From: a virus | Taxonomy: Duplodnaviria; Caudoviricetes | Length of the DNA: 54,549 nt | IMG/VR virus record: IMGVR_UViG_3300011126_000071 | Location: 1-54,549 of that record | Strand: one strand, 5' to 3' | Part shown: positions 17,900 through 28,496 of the stretch, piece by piece | Position numbering within the stretch: the first letter of the stretch is position 1 | How the letters are laid out: every line of letters begins with the position of its first letter | Program-made: the position numbers and the translations under genes | The notes under the pieces: model-generated | What the model saw: only the letters and a program-made list of their open reading frames with translations | Told to the model about the DNA's origin: nothing | The model's database searches: none

Positions 17900-19315
17900 T
17901 TATTGTGATATTCTCAATTCACTTTGACTTACGATGTCAAATGAAAGAGTTTCTTTTATTGTAGTTACTTCATTGTTTGATGTCACCTTAACATCTAGAT
18001 AATAAGTGTTTGGAATAAGACTTTCAGTGTGAAGTAGGAAATAGTTATGGTTAAATGACCTTTCTACTGGTTGGAAATCGATTACAGTTAATTCATTTCT
18101 ACCCTCTTTAACATATAACCTATATTCTAAATCATCAATTACAGCAGTTTGGTTAGTTGTATAAGGAATTCTAGCAGTTACTTGTACACGTCTAATATCA
18201 CCTCTTTTAATTCTTTCGTCTCTTCTAATTCCAGATACGTTAAATGCGTACTTCTGAGGCATTGTATCATTGTTTCCTATGTTGTAATACTTATTACTAT
18301 CAACCAACGCAAAATCCATCTCTATATCTGGTCTAGAAATACCGTTAATGGTTAATCCTTTCCATACATCGTTGAATAGGTAACAATCAGTGTAAGCACT
18401 TGTAGTTGGTACCATAACCTCAACACAGTAAACACCCTTAGTTACGTGAGTAACAGCACTAGATGTAATACTAGAAAACACTAATCCGTTATTATCAACT
18501 ATATCAACACTTGGTAGTGTATCAAGATTAACTGGGTTGCCACCAGCATTAACGTATAGATAAAGTTTATTTGTTTTATCTAAATAGAAATTCGCTCTAT
18601 CATCAGTAATATGACAATCATAAACAGTTTCAACATGTGGTTCATAGAATGTTTGAGTGTGTCTAGTGAAGAATCCAACATATTGGTATGAACCTGTTTC
18701 AGTTAATTCTAATGCTCTACTAAATGCAATACCTAATCCGTAGTTAGTATCACCAGTAAGGTATCCATTAACAATATCAGAAATATCTAACTCAATATTC
18801 TCATTACCTTGTTCAAAGTGTATTGTATTCAGTGGTGTTGTAGAACCAGTAAAAGTTCCATTACCACCAGACCAAGAAATGTTTGTTTGTGCCTCAACCC
18901 AATTAGAAGGACATATCGATGTTGATGATGCATCACCACCTAATGAGTGTGTTGCACAAGAATCATAATCATACCCAACACCTTCATCCCAAGTTTGGTT
19001 AATTGGGAAAAGAATAAGGTCAAATGAGCATGCTCTATCTTTACCATCACAAGTTGTCTTACCTAATAATTCTTTATCAAATGAACCAGTATTAGTAAGT
19101 CTAAGAGTGTGTTTAAGTTTTGATAAATCAGCATATGTTCCACCGCTATATAATTCTTTTAGGTTGGTTTCATCGAAATAGAATAATAATCTACTGTATT
19201 TATTTTCAGCATCTCTACCACCATAGAATAATTCAGACACAGGGTTTCTACCAGTGTTTGTTATATTATTATATATAATTGTGTTGTTTCTATCGAAAAA
19301 TGTACGTACTACCAT
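17900..19315 (-). CDS. Putative virion structural protein (baseplate/tail-associated)
   Basis: 471 aa; SRLLFYFD...QTWDEGVGYDY...GFFTRHTQTFYEP blocks; late motif upstream. Confidence 0.65.
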   Translation of the reverse strand: MVVRTFFDRNNTIIYNNITNTGRNPVSELFYGGRDAENKYSRLLFYFDETNLKELYSGGTYADLSKLKHTLRLTNTGSFDKELLGKTTCDGKDRACSFDLILFPINQTWDEGVGYDYDSCATHSLGGDASSTSICPSNWVEAQTNISWSGGNGTFTGSTTPLNTIHFEQGNENIELDISDIVNGYLTGDTNYGLGIAFSRALELTETGSYQYVGFFTRHTQTFYEPHVETVYDCHITDDRANFYLDKTNKLYLYVNAGGNPVNLDTLPSVDIVDNNGLVFSSITSSAVTHVTKGVYCVEVMVPTTSAYTDCYLFNDVWKGLTINGISRPDIEMDFALVDSNKYYNIGNNDTMPQKYAFNVSGIRRDERIKRGDIRRVQVTARIPYTTNQTAVIDDLEYRLYVKEGRNELTVIDFQPVERSFNHNYFLLHTESLIPNTYYLDVKVTSNNEVTTIKETLSFDIVSQSELRISQ

Positions 19316-19330
19316 GTTGTTTGCTTTTAT

Positions 19331-19338
19331 TATAAATA
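19331..19338 (-). promoter_or_regulatory. Putative late promoter TATTTATA (minus strand)
   Basis: 15 nt before the ATG at 19315. Confidence 0.7.
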
Positions 19339-19348
19339 CAAACGAAGA

Positions 19349-20335
19349 TTAATTAATACGGATGTTTTTAGATAATATTTGTTCTAAATCATACTCATTC
19401 ATATCTTGCATAACTTTAGCGGTTGCTGATGAACCTTCACTATGTGGTGTAATACCTGGGTATTTATGAGTATGATTACTAATAGCATTTTTAACTAACT
19501 TAAGAAATTCAACTAATTTATCACCAAATACTAGTGGGTGTGCTTCACTTAATATTTTTTGCATTTCTTCATCACTAATAAGATTGTCTTGATTAGTTAG
19601 GTTAAATCTAGGATTACCTTCTTTATGAGTTAATAGATTAATTTTATTTGATACTATATTTGTTACCGAACCGTATTCTGGGGTAGCGTTATTATTTTCT
19701 GGCACATTAATCTGAGCGTTATATTTTATTTGAAGATATCCTTGTGTACGGTTGTTAAATTTATAACCTAACCTTTCATCAAACTCATCATCACTTCTAG
19801 TGTTGTTAGCTAAATCACCTTTGAATACAAACTTACCAGCTCTTAATAATACCTCTTCTTTTTTTAATATTAAATCAGTATTTTTCCTACCTTGTAAAGC
19901 AATATCTTCTTTTTTTGGATAACCACCTCTAATTTTCTTTCTATTTGTTGGTGCTGGACCTAAATCATTTCTACCAAAACTAAAACCATCCCAAGCATGG
20001 ATATCATATTGTGCATCTTCTAGAAATTGTGGTTGTGGTATAATTGGTCCTAGATACATTCTATCTATTTTATTATTTTCGTTTGTGAATGAAAACAATA
20101 AGACCGCTTCTTTTAAATTAGGTACAACATTAATGTGTTTTGGTAACATAGGAAATGCGTATGCTGTATCAGAATCAGTTTCATTGTTATCAACACCCAT
20201 AACTCTAACTTTAATTCTACCAGCATCATTTGGGTCATCAATAGACATAACCTTACCTCTTTGAATAAAAGTTATTTTATTATCACCTTGATATGAGTTT
20301 TTACCCTCTCTATTAAATTTCCCTACAAAATACAT
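19349..20335 (-). CDS. Baseplate spike/hub protein with gp5/GpV-like N-terminal OB fold
   Basis: GKVMSIDDPNDAGRIKVRV...AFPMLP...VP...EAVLL at the N-terminus; HTHKY (HxH) motif near the C-terminus. Confidence 0.75.
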   Translation of the reverse strand: MYFVGKFNREGKNSYQGDNKITFIQRGKVMSIDDPNDAGRIKVRVMGVDNNETDSDTAYAFPMLPKHINVVPNLKEAVLLFSFTNENNKIDRMYLGPIIPQPQFLEDAQYDIHAWDGFSFGRNDLGPAPTNRKKIRGGYPKKEDIALQGRKNTDLILKKEEVLLRAGKFVFKGDLANNTRSDDEFDERLGYKFNNRTQGYLQIKYNAQINVPENNNATPEYGSVTNIVSNKINLLTHKEGNPRFNLTNQDNLISDEEMQKILSEAHPLVFGDKLVEFLKLVKNAISNHTHKYPGITPHSEGSSATAKVMQDMNEYDLEQILSKNIRIN

Positions 20336-20559
20336 TATATATCACCTTTTAATCTTCTAAGTATTATAGCGTTTGCTTCATTAAACCTTTCTTCAACACC
20401 TTCTAATTTACTCCATTTTTTCTTCATATTCTCCTTAAACGCTTCTATCGCATCATAATCTTTAACCATAGATAATTTAAGTGATTCATGTTCAGCTTGT
20501 AATTGCTTAATTTCAAGCAATATTTCATTATTTGATTTATCTTCTAATCTACTCATCAT
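20335..20559 (-). CDS. Small coiled-coil hypothetical protein
   Basis: 74 aa, tightly coupled within the operon. Confidence 0.65.
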   Translation of the reverse strand: MMSRLEDKSNNEILLEIKQLQAEHESLKLSMVKDYDAIEAFKENMKKKWSKLEGVEERFNEANAIILRRLKGDI

Positions 20560-21000
20560 TTATCTTATTATTCCGTTTGCTTCTTTATAACTTGTTGTAT
20601 ACCCTTGAGATATAACAGGTGCACCTGTATTTCCAGCACCAATGGCTGATAAAGGTATACCAGGTGGTACAACAACATTAACAACCGACTCATTTTGTAT
20701 TGCATAAACAACTTCTTCACATATTATAGAAATTATACCTTCCATAACGTTCTCACCATCACCCCATATATCACCAACTGGTGCACCAGCCTCAGATTGT
20801 CTTGATATGACTCTAGATGCTATTTGTTTCGAACTTAAACCCGTTCTTAAATTACCACCTAACAATATTAATGGTGGTGGTAATGGTGTAACTGGTTTTT
20901 GTGGTATTACAAATGCAGCTTGAACAATTTGGATAATATTACTTATTTGACCAAAATTAAATCCAGTTGATGGTCCAGCTTTTTGAGTTGATTGTGCCAT
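20560..21000 (-). CDS. Putative baseplate/tail protein
   Basis: 146 aa, Pro/Gly-rich, in the baseplate operon. Confidence 0.55.
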   Translation of the reverse strand: MAQSTQKAGPSTGFNFGQISNIIQIVQAAFVIPQKPVTPLPPPLILLGGNLRTGLSSKQIASRVISRQSEAGAPVGDIWGDGENVMEGIISIICEEVVYAIQNESVVNVVVPPGIPLSAIGAGNTGAPVISQGYTTSYKEANGIIR

Positions 21001-22418
21001 TATAAACCTTTTATTAATCTTATTACATCTGTAGGTACACCCACTAAACTAAGTGTTTGTGCTACTTTATTTTTTGCCTTTTCAGTAGATATCTCAACAA
21101 TTGTTTCAGAAACAAGGTTAGATATTTCTTTTAATACTTGATTAAGAATTACTTTAATGATTGCATTTCTAACAGCGTTAGCAATATCCCTCATTAAATT
21201 TTTATTTTGTTTCATAAAATCAGTTGCATCAACATAATCTTCATTAATACCGTAGACAATTTTATAATTTATTAAAAATATACTAATAATTTTAGGTGAT
21301 AATAAAAAACTTACAATAGCAATAACCAAGTTTTGTATTAAATCTTCAATGAAATTTAACTCAAGAGCATAAGTATCTTTAACGTCTGGTGCATTACTAC
21401 CTATTGATGCACCAATTGAATTAATAGAATCACTAATCGCTATTTTCTTTTGTTCATTGGTTGTTCCACTTATTCTAGAGTTGGCTAAATCAATTAATAC
21501 TTCTGGAATCGATACTGGTACCGTACCACAAGTCTCTATAACTCTAATACCTTTTTTTCTAAAATTTGCTGAGTTTTCTTGTTGACTGATTTCTTCATTT
21601 GTGAATGTGAAAAAGCTATCATCTATAACATCATCATCATCAGCATTTATAATGGACTTAATGATGGTATTAATTTCTTCTTCTTTTTGTAATTGATTTG
21701 ATGTCTTATTCAATTTAACTGATAATGACCCAAACAAATCATCTAAAATCTTATTTAACAGGTTAGCAGAATCAAATAACTTAATAGAATCTATATATGT
21801 GTTGTTAAGTTCTGTTAATGTCTTACTATCAAAGTTAACATTTGTTTTGAATGTAAGGGTATTATTAGGTGTTGGGTTAAGATTTACAGAATCAAATCTA
21901 ATATCTAGTAATTGGTTACCCCAAGTCTCAGTAATACCATCATTTTGTATCGTACCATAAATAAATGTATTATAATCATTACTGTTGGTTAATGGAGTTA
22001 CCTGTGTGTCAGTGTAAATGAAATTACCTTCTTTTGATATTGGGTCCGTTTTGAACATATCAAAAAAATCTACTTTATTAACTTCTGTAGTAATACCAAC
22101 ACCTGTTGATTTTAAGAAATTAGGTATTGATGGGTCAACACCACAATTAACTAAACTCTTAAGTGATGTTTTCATTGCTATTTTAACAGCAACTTCCATC
22201 TCATCTAATTTATAAGCCAACGTATCAACAATTACCTCACGAAGTTTTTCAATACCGACCAAAGATTTAAGTAGGTCGACAAGGAACGCAATACTATCGC
22301 CATCATTGTTTATTGATGGGAATGACGGGTTAGTCACTAATTTGGGTAAACCCTCAGCAACGGTCCTAGCGGCAGCTATCTTACCAAATATTTCACTTTT
22401 TTGGTCTATTAAAGCCAT
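21000..22418 (-). CDS. Hypothetical putative virion protein
   Basis: 472-aa ORF coupled to its neighbours; hydrophobic helical C-terminus. Confidence 0.6.
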   Translation of the reverse strand: MALIDQKSEIFGKIAAARTVAEGLPKLVTNPSFPSINNDGDSIAFLVDLLKSLVGIEKLREVIVDTLAYKLDEMEVAVKIAMKTSLKSLVNCGVDPSIPNFLKSTGVGITTEVNKVDFFDMFKTDPISKEGNFIYTDTQVTPLTNSNDYNTFIYGTIQNDGITETWGNQLLDIRFDSVNLNPTPNNTLTFKTNVNFDSKTLTELNNTYIDSIKLFDSANLLNKILDDLFGSLSVKLNKTSNQLQKEEEINTIIKSIINADDDDVIDDSFFTFTNEEISQQENSANFRKKGIRVIETCGTVPVSIPEVLIDLANSRISGTTNEQKKIAISDSINSIGASIGSNAPDVKDTYALELNFIEDLIQNLVIAIVSFLLSPKIISIFLINYKIVYGINEDYVDATDFMKQNKNLMRDIANAVRNAIIKVILNQVLKEISNLVSETIVEISTEKAKNKVAQTLSLVGVPTDVIRLIKGL

Positions 22419-22423
22419 TTGTT

Positions 22424-22816
22424 TTAGTTGTTAGATTCTTCGTTAGTATCTTCATCACCATTGTTCTTGATGATGTCTCTAATGGTCTTAAAATCACTAA
22501 TTTGGGCCTTACCTTCGTATCTTTCCTCAACAGCTTTCTCAGAGTTACCACTATGTTTGATTATATCGCTTTGTAGTTTTGCAACTTCCAATTTAATCTT
22601 AATACCAGAATCCTTAACCTTTTGAGCATCTATCTTAGCCTTAGCTATCTTTGTTGCATCTTCAACATCTTCTGGTGTTGTAGAGGTTTGTAATTCGTTT
22701 ATTGTTCTATTAGCATCGTTTATTTGACCACATGCATCGTTATACACCTCTTGCATTAGACCTTCTAATGAAGTGGTGTTATTAACTTTTATTTCTTGTT
22801 TCTTTTTCCTTGGCAT
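22424..22816 (-). CDS. Helical hypothetical protein (terminase small subunit is a weak possibility)
   Basis: 130-aa coiled coil with a basic N-terminus, behind a late motif; no diagnostic motif. Confidence 0.55.
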   Translation of the reverse strand: MPRKKKQEIKVNNTTSLEGLMQEVYNDACGQINDANRTINELQTSTTPEDVEDATKIAKAKIDAQKVKDSGIKIKLEVAKLQSDIIKHSGNSEKAVEERYEGKAQISDFKTIRDIIKNNGDEDTNEESNN

Positions 22817-22830
22817 AAAATTGTTTTATA

Positions 22831-22838
22831 TATAAATA
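22831..22838 (-). promoter_or_regulatory. Putative late promoter TATTTATA (minus strand)
   Basis: 14 nt before the ATG at 22816, immediately after the stop of the sigma-like gene. Confidence 0.7.
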
Positions 22839-23624
22839 TCACGCATATGGATTTTCATCAAAACCATTCTCAAGTCCATCGAACTTTAAGAATTCATACA
22901 TAACCTTATATCTCTTCATTGCAACTCTAATATCCTTTGTTGATAGACTGGTGTAATTACGCATAGTTTCAAGAACTTGGTTCTTGTTGTATTTTGCACC
23001 ACCTTTCATATCATCAAATACGGTCTCCCATTGCCCTAATATTTCAATCAAACATCTACCAACCTTAATTTCATTTTCAGTTAGTTTCTTTTTGTCTGGA
23101 TAATCTTGTGTGATTTCAACTTCAACTTCGATGATAATTTTGTTGATGAAATCCGCTAAGATAAGTTTTTCACTATCTAGTGTATAACTATAATCTTCAT
23201 TCGACTCTATAGAATCGTAGTTGTCTTCAAAAGACGAGAACTGTCTAAGTCCTCTATCATCTTTTTGAAGCATTCCTATCAAATAATTCTTACAAATTGT
23301 ACCGTAGTACGAGTAAGCTTTCTTTCCCTGTGTATGGTCGAACTTGTCGGCCTTGGTTATTAGAAACGATATTGTGTCTGTATGTAATTCCTCAAACGTA
23401 AATGACTTTCTGTAAAGTTTATACGTTCTTATGATTGACTCAACCATTTTTTCGATTGGGTGTCTAAGGAATTTATTATAGATATGGTTTCTCTCTATTG
23501 TGTCATCTGACTCTAAAAATCTTACAACTGCTTCTTCTTGTTCTGGGCCGAAATACAAATCATTTTTCCTTTTGCGACCCCTTTTTTTAGGGGCCTCTTC
23601 GGATTTGTTTTCAGTTTTTCCCAT
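22839..23624 (-). CDS. Phage RNA polymerase sigma-like factor (T4 gp55-like, late transcription)
   Basis: YF..EQEEAVVRF...KMVESII...ITKADKFDHTQGKKAYSYYGTICKNYLI resembles sigma region 2 as seen in gp55-type factors (KFD....AF.YF..I..N). Confidence 0.7.
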   Translation of the reverse strand: MGKTENKSEEAPKKRGRKRKNDLYFGPEQEEAVVRFLESDDTIERNHIYNKFLRHPIEKMVESIIRTYKLYRKSFTFEELHTDTISFLITKADKFDHTQGKKAYSYYGTICKNYLIGMLQKDDRGLRQFSSFEDNYDSIESNEDYSYTLDSEKLILADFINKIIIEVEVEITQDYPDKKKLTENEIKVGRCLIEILGQWETVFDDMKGGAKYNKNQVLETMRNYTSLSTKDIRVAMKRYKVMYEFLKFDGLENGFDENPYA

Positions 23625-24419
23625 TTAGTTTATTTCAGAATCATATGTTAGTTTTCTGTCATGACTATGGTAGTATTCCTTCTTTGCTTGAGCTAACCAC
23701 CACTTAGCCTCTACTGGGTCAAGTTCTTCTCTGTAGTTAAAGAATAAAGAACCTTCTCTTTGGTTAACGTGTTTGTAACCAAATTTTGGTATAACAAATA
23801 TTCTATTATCTTTGAATGCCATTCTAAGTAAAAATTCATATACAAAGGTAAGTTTAACACTTGATTTAAGTCCACCGAACTCTTCAATTAATGATTTCTT
23901 CATAACAACACCATCAATATTAAAATTTTGGTATGCTAACAATGCACTAATATCTAAAACACCCATTTCATCTGAAAAACTTTGAGCCCATACTGCTTCA
24001 TTGGTAAGACCAACAAATGCTTGTTTAGGGTCAACATCTACAATAATTGGCATGAACATGTCAACATCTGAATGTGCACTTCTGTATTCAACAACATTCT
24101 TAAACCATATCTTAGAATATTCATCATCCAATTCCAAGATACTAATCCATTCTGTTTTAGTATTTTCAACACCAAAGTTAATTTGAGATGGGAAATCCGT
24201 TTCACCATCATTATCAATAACCTTAACGATGTCTTTTATTTTACCAAAGTCATATTTCTTTAGTTCTTTTGATACATCACTACCTTTAGGTACAATAACA
24301 AGTACTGTATCTGGTAATGTTAATTGTTCCTCAACACTTTTAATTGCGTTAGCGAATAAAGGTCTAGTTGAATCTGTTAATTCGTGTACTGGTAATAGTA
24401 CTGTAATTTCTGTTTTCAT
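23625..24419 (-). CDS. Glycosyltransferase family 2-like protein
   Basis: ITVLLPVHE, INFGVENTKTEWISILELDDEY (GT-A fold, variant DxD motif). Confidence 0.8.
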   Translation of the reverse strand: MKTEITVLLPVHELTDSTRPLFANAIKSVEEQLTLPDTVLVIVPKGSDVSKELKKYDFGKIKDIVKVIDNDGETDFPSQINFGVENTKTEWISILELDDEYSKIWFKNVVEYRSAHSDVDMFMPIIVDVDPKQAFVGLTNEAVWAQSFSDEMGVLDISALLAYQNFNIDGVVMKKSLIEEFGGLKSSVKLTFVYEFLLRMAFKDNRIFVIPKFGYKHVNQREGSLFFNYREELDPVEAKWWLAQAKKEYYHSHDRKLTYDSEIN

Positions 24420-24421
24420 TT

Positions 24422-25567
24422 TTATGCGTTTGTTTCTACGTTAGTTTCTTTAGGTTTTATCATTGAAGTAAATTCTTTTTTTCTATTGGTAACAAGTGTA
24501 CCATAAACTTCTTCAATTGCCTTTCTTTGTTTATCCATTGAATATTCACCATTTGTAGTTTCCATACTGTCAAGAATATCTTGTGGTACTGAATCTTCAA
24601 ACCAAACCTTCATAAATGTTCCAACTAATTCTGGAATGTTAATAGTTGTATTAGTCCAAACACCATTATTTAATAATGTTGTTTCACCATTTTCTGTTGT
24701 ACTTTCCATCCATTCTGGAATCATATTTGGAATTTTACCAATTACTGGTGTTCCAGATTTCATAGCCTCAAGTGGGAATGTTCCGAAACCAGATTGGTCA
24801 TCAATCCATACCGCCAAACAAGACTTACCTAATTCTTCTGCAAATTGTGCTTTTGGAATACCTCTAAGTTCTTTGAATGTTACAAATTTATAGATTGGGA
24901 ATTGTAAGTAGAACGCATTAGCGATTTTCTTAGCATCACCATGATTCCTAGTAAGGATTGTAACTACTGGTGTTTTAGGTTTCTCACTTGGTTTAAACAT
25001 GTCAGAAATCCCTACTGGAATAATATGTGTGTTAATACCTTGGAATAGACTAGTAACATAGTTAGCTTGCTTTTGTGATGTTGTAATAACATCATAGAAA
25101 CCAAAATCAGTGTGCCATTTCTTACCGATTGGTAACAACTCTAACAAATAATCATAACTTTGTGAGAAAACAATCTTCTTACATGGGAATTGTTTTACTT
25201 GGTCCATGATATTAGCGAAAATTTCTGGAATGATAATAAAATCAGAAGGGTTCACATTTAATTGTTGTCCTTCTATTGAGATGTGAGGTAGGTTTGCATA
25301 TTCTTCACCTAACCAATCAGCAATACCCATACTAGTTTCATCACCACGTAATTTATAGTCATCTTTCTCGTGCATGATAAATGCTTTATATCCCAATTCA
25401 TTTAAAGTTTTTACGTGTTCGTAAATGTTAGCGACACCAGCAACTGGGTTACCTTTAGTGTCAAGTGTAAAGAAGTAAAATGAAAAATCTTTATTATCTA
25501 ATTTAGATAATAATTCACCGATTTGTTCTTCTTGTGTTTTTACAGGTTTGTTTGTTTCTTCTGCCAT
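24422..25567 (-). CDS. GT-B (family 4-like) glycosyltransferase
   Basis: GVANIYEHVKTLNELGY, IIIPE, GFGTFPLEAMKSGTPVIG. Confidence 0.85.
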   Translation of the reverse strand: MAEETNKPVKTQEEQIGELLSKLDNKDFSFYFFTLDTKGNPVAGVANIYEHVKTLNELGYKAFIMHEKDDYKLRGDETSMGIADWLGEEYANLPHISIEGQQLNVNPSDFIIIPEIFANIMDQVKQFPCKKIVFSQSYDYLLELLPIGKKWHTDFGFYDVITTSQKQANYVTSLFQGINTHIIPVGISDMFKPSEKPKTPVVTILTRNHGDAKKIANAFYLQFPIYKFVTFKELRGIPKAQFAEELGKSCLAVWIDDQSGFGTFPLEAMKSGTPVIGKIPNMIPEWMESTTENGETTLLNNGVWTNTTINIPELVGTFMKVWFEDSVPQDILDSMETTNGEYSMDKQRKAIEEVYGTLVTNRKKEFTSMIKPKETNVETNA

Positions 25568-25587
25568 TTTTTTTTATTTAATTATTA

Positions 25588-25953
25588 TTATATTTCTTTT
25601 AATATTCCATACTCTATTAAAGTATTGAAAGCCATTTTAAATGATATTGTAGTTTTACTCATTGCAAGTTCAAAACCTAAACTATCATCTAATTCTTCGT
25701 TATAAGTGAAAAGTATTTCTAAACACATTCTAAGTAAGTCATACTTTGGTCCATCAACTTCTGGAATCTTATCATATTCTCTAGTTGTTATGGTTGTACC
25801 AATTGGGGTACCCGACTCGTCATAATTGATTTTAGTTTCAGTTTCAATTGTTTTATCTGAATCTGTTTTCATTGTTAATAAACTACTAAATGAGTCTAAA
25901 TCAATCATAAATAATTGACCACCTATATCTATTAAATTATCTCTTTTGTTCAT
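25588..25953 (-). CDS. Hypothetical phage protein
   Basis: ATG at 25953 follows the upstream stop; C-terminal FKMAFNTLIEYGILKEI. Confidence 0.65.
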   Translation of the reverse strand: MNKRDNLIDIGGQLFMIDLDSFSSLLTMKTDSDKTIETETKINYDESGTPIGTTITTREYDKIPEVDGPKYDLLRMCLEILFTYNEELDDSLGFELAMSKTTISFKMAFNTLIEYGILKEI

Positions 25954-25954
25954 A

Positions 25955-26566
25955 TTAAATTTCTTCAAAATCTGCTGTCTTAGTTCTAAGTATTCTTTCT
26001 CTTAATTCGATATCATTCATAAATTCGAATAAATCATCTATTTCAAAGTCAGCCTTAACGTCTTTATTGTAAGGTGCGTTAACCTTTACTGAAATCTTAC
26101 CAGATGGTTTAGCTTCTAATGCTGTTGGACATGCAGTTATTAATACATCAACACCATCCCATTTATCCGCATAAGCAGTGACAAACCTAATATTTGGTGC
26201 TTTACAAAGTGTTTTAGATAAAAACCAGAAAGTACTTGGTATACTTGCTGCTGCTTCTCTACTAACCAACTCTATTTCATGTTCATCTTCATCTCTCATT
26301 TCAAGTAAAAAATGATTAAAGTGTGTCATTATGTTATTATGAGTTTGGTCACCATGACCAAACAACTCTAAAGCTGCCTCAACATACATAAATTTCTTCA
26401 TGTCCATCTCATCTTTAAAATCAACTAACTCGTGATTCATAAGATTAAAATCAGTGATTGGGTTTTTCTTAAGGTCGATTTTAACGCCTCTGTACTTTTC
26501 ATATGTATAAGCAAATTGACTTATAAAATCTCTCAGTACTTCATTTAATGTAATTCCTATTTTCAT
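25955..26566 (-). CDS. HAD-fold 5'(3')-deoxyribonucleotidase-like protein with degenerate motif I
   Basis: MKIGITLNEVLRDF (canonical IGIDxDGVLxDF), DVLIT and VNAPYN. Confidence 0.65.
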   Translation of the reverse strand: MKIGITLNEVLRDFISQFAYTYEKYRGVKIDLKKNPITDFNLMNHELVDFKDEMDMKKFMYVEAALELFGHGDQTHNNIMTHFNHFLLEMRDEDEHEIELVSREAAASIPSTFWFLSKTLCKAPNIRFVTAYADKWDGVDVLITACPTALEAKPSGKISVKVNAPYNKDVKADFEIDDLFEFMNDIELRERILRTKTADFEEI

Positions 26567-26602
26567 GATTTAAAAATATTATAAAATCGTTATAAGTAAA
26601 CC

Positions 26603-27496
26603 TTACCAAGTAAAATTCTTCTTAAACCATATTTTTATTTTTCTAATTAGTTTAGATTTAGGTTTTTTATTTTTAATATAACGTGGTTCAACATTAATAA
26701 CATCTGATTTCTTAACCCCACTATTATTTGGTAGATACCCTTCCTTAATTATCCTAATTTCTGGTGGGGTTGGTTTAACTAAATTCTTAGGTTTGTAATT
26801 TTCAAGAATTCTTGAAATCAATGGATTTCTAACAATTTCAGATTCATTAAATTCAATGACACCTATTTCGTCTAATTTACCATGTTTACTAATTGCATCA
26901 TAAAGACCACTTTGTCTAAAATCACCATACCTATCAGATTGGTCAAGGTCACCAGAGATAATAAATTTACTACTAAAACCAATTCTAGTTAGAAGTGTTT
27001 TCATTTGATTTGGTGACATATTCTGTGCTTCCTCCATAACAAGTATAGTATGGTCAATGGTCTTACCTCTAATGAAACCTAACCCACCAACTTCAACTAT
27101 CCCAGCACCTTCTAACTCAACCCTTTTGGTTATACCTACGATTTTATCAATTATATCAATTGATGGTGCAACGAATGGGTCTAGTTTCTCACGAATAGAA
27201 CCTGGTATGAAACCTAATTTCTCTTCTGCCTCAACCGCTGGGTTGATTAAAATTATCTTATTGTATTGATTTGAAGTATTTTGTAGTAATTCAATCGCCC
27301 TAGCAATAGCCACATAACTCTTACCAACACCAGCTGGACCAGTCGCTAAAACTATTTCCTTATCGGTGATTAGATTAGCAAAAACCTTTTGTTTCTGATT
27401 CTTACACTTTAATCTGTGTCTAGTTGGTAGAATTATACTTAACGGTGAGGTAGGAGTTTCTTCTACAACTTTTGTTGTACTTTTTCTTTTCGTCAT
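26603..27496 (-). CDS. phoH: PhoH-family ATPase
   Basis: GPAGVGKSY, EKLGFIPGSIREKLDPF, FIRGKT, EEAQN, LLTRIG, GDLDQSD, IVRNPLI. The ATG at 27496 directly after gmd is preferred. Confidence 0.93.
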   Translation of the reverse strand: MTKRKSTTKVVEETPTSPLSIILPTRHRLKCKNQKQKVFANLITDKEIVLATGPAGVGKSYVAIARAIELLQNTSNQYNKIILINPAVEAEEKLGFIPGSIREKLDPFVAPSIDIIDKIVGITKRVELEGAGIVEVGGLGFIRGKTIDHTILVMEEAQNMSPNQMKTLLTRIGFSSKFIISGDLDQSDRYGDFRQSGLYDAISKHGKLDEIGVIEFNESEIVRNPLISRILENYKPKNLVKPTPPEIRIIKEGYLPNNSGVKKSDVINVEPRYIKNKKPKSKLIRKIKIWFKKNFTW

Positions 27497-27497
27497 A

Positions 27498-28493
27498 TTA
27501 TCTAGTTGAAGGTTTACCTTGAAGAACATCCATCCAATGGTCACACATTTCATGCATCAATGCTTCGAATGTATAATCTGGTTTCCAGTCAAAGGTTTCT
27601 CTTAGTTTAGTTGAATCTCCTTTTAAATAAGGTAATTCTTCTGGTCTAAGGAATTTAGGGTTTTGTGTTACATAATCCTCATAATTCAATCCTAGGTATG
27701 AGAAAACAACCTTACACATTTCTCTAACTGAATGTGTTTCCATTGTTGATACAACGAAGTCATCAGCAACATCATGATTTATAATCTTATGCATTGCCTT
27801 CACATAATCCTTTGAGTGACCCCAATCTCTATAAGAGTCCATATTACCCAATTCTAATTTATCTTGTAAACCTAATTTAATACTACATGCAGCCTTAACC
27901 ACTTTGTTGGTTACGAAGTTACTACCCCTTCTTGGTGATTCATGATTAAATAGAATACCATTTACAGCATGTAAACCATAAGCACGTCTGTAGTGTCTTA
28001 CAACATTGTAACCAAATACTTTAGAACACCCATAAGGTGATACTGGATTCATAATAGTACTTTCTCTTTGGAAGTCGTCATCATCAACTGTTAAACCAAA
28101 CATCTCAGATGATGATGCTTGATAGAATTTAGCCTTTGGACAAATTCTCCTATACGCTTCTAATATATTAATGACCCCAACAGCGTTTGTTTGTACTGTA
28201 AATTGTGGGATATCAAAACTAACCCTAACATGACTTTGTGCACCAATGTTGTAAATCTCATCTGGCATAATTTCAGTTAGTAATCTTTCTATTGATGTCT
28301 GGTCTAATAGGTCACCATAGTGTGTGAATAATTTACCACTCTTAAATGCTTCACCTAATCTTGCTGATTGATTTTCAGATGTTGAATTTCTTCTTACCAT
28401 CCCATGAACTTCATATCCAAGGGATAATAAATACTCTGTTAGATACGAACCATCTTGCCCGTTAATACCTGTAATAAATGCTTTTTTATTCAT
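27498..28493 (-). CDS. gmd: GDP-mannose 4,6-dehydratase
   Basis: AFITGINGQDGSYL, AQSHVRVSF, YQASSSEMFG, PVSPYGCSK, GILFNHESPRRG, RDWGH. Confidence 0.97.
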   Translation of the reverse strand: MNKKAFITGINGQDGSYLTEYLLSLGYEVHGMVRRNSTSENQSARLGEAFKSGKLFTHYGDLLDQTSIERLLTEIMPDEIYNIGAQSHVRVSFDIPQFTVQTNAVGVINILEAYRRICPKAKFYQASSSEMFGLTVDDDDFQRESTIMNPVSPYGCSKVFGYNVVRHYRRAYGLHAVNGILFNHESPRRGSNFVTNKVVKAACSIKLGLQDKLELGNMDSYRDWGHSKDYVKAMHKIINHDVADDFVVSTMETHSVREMCKVVFSYLGLNYEDYVTQNPKFLRPEELPYLKGDSTKLRETFDWKPDYTFEALMHEMCDHWMDVLQGKPSTR

Positions 28494-28496
28494 TCT

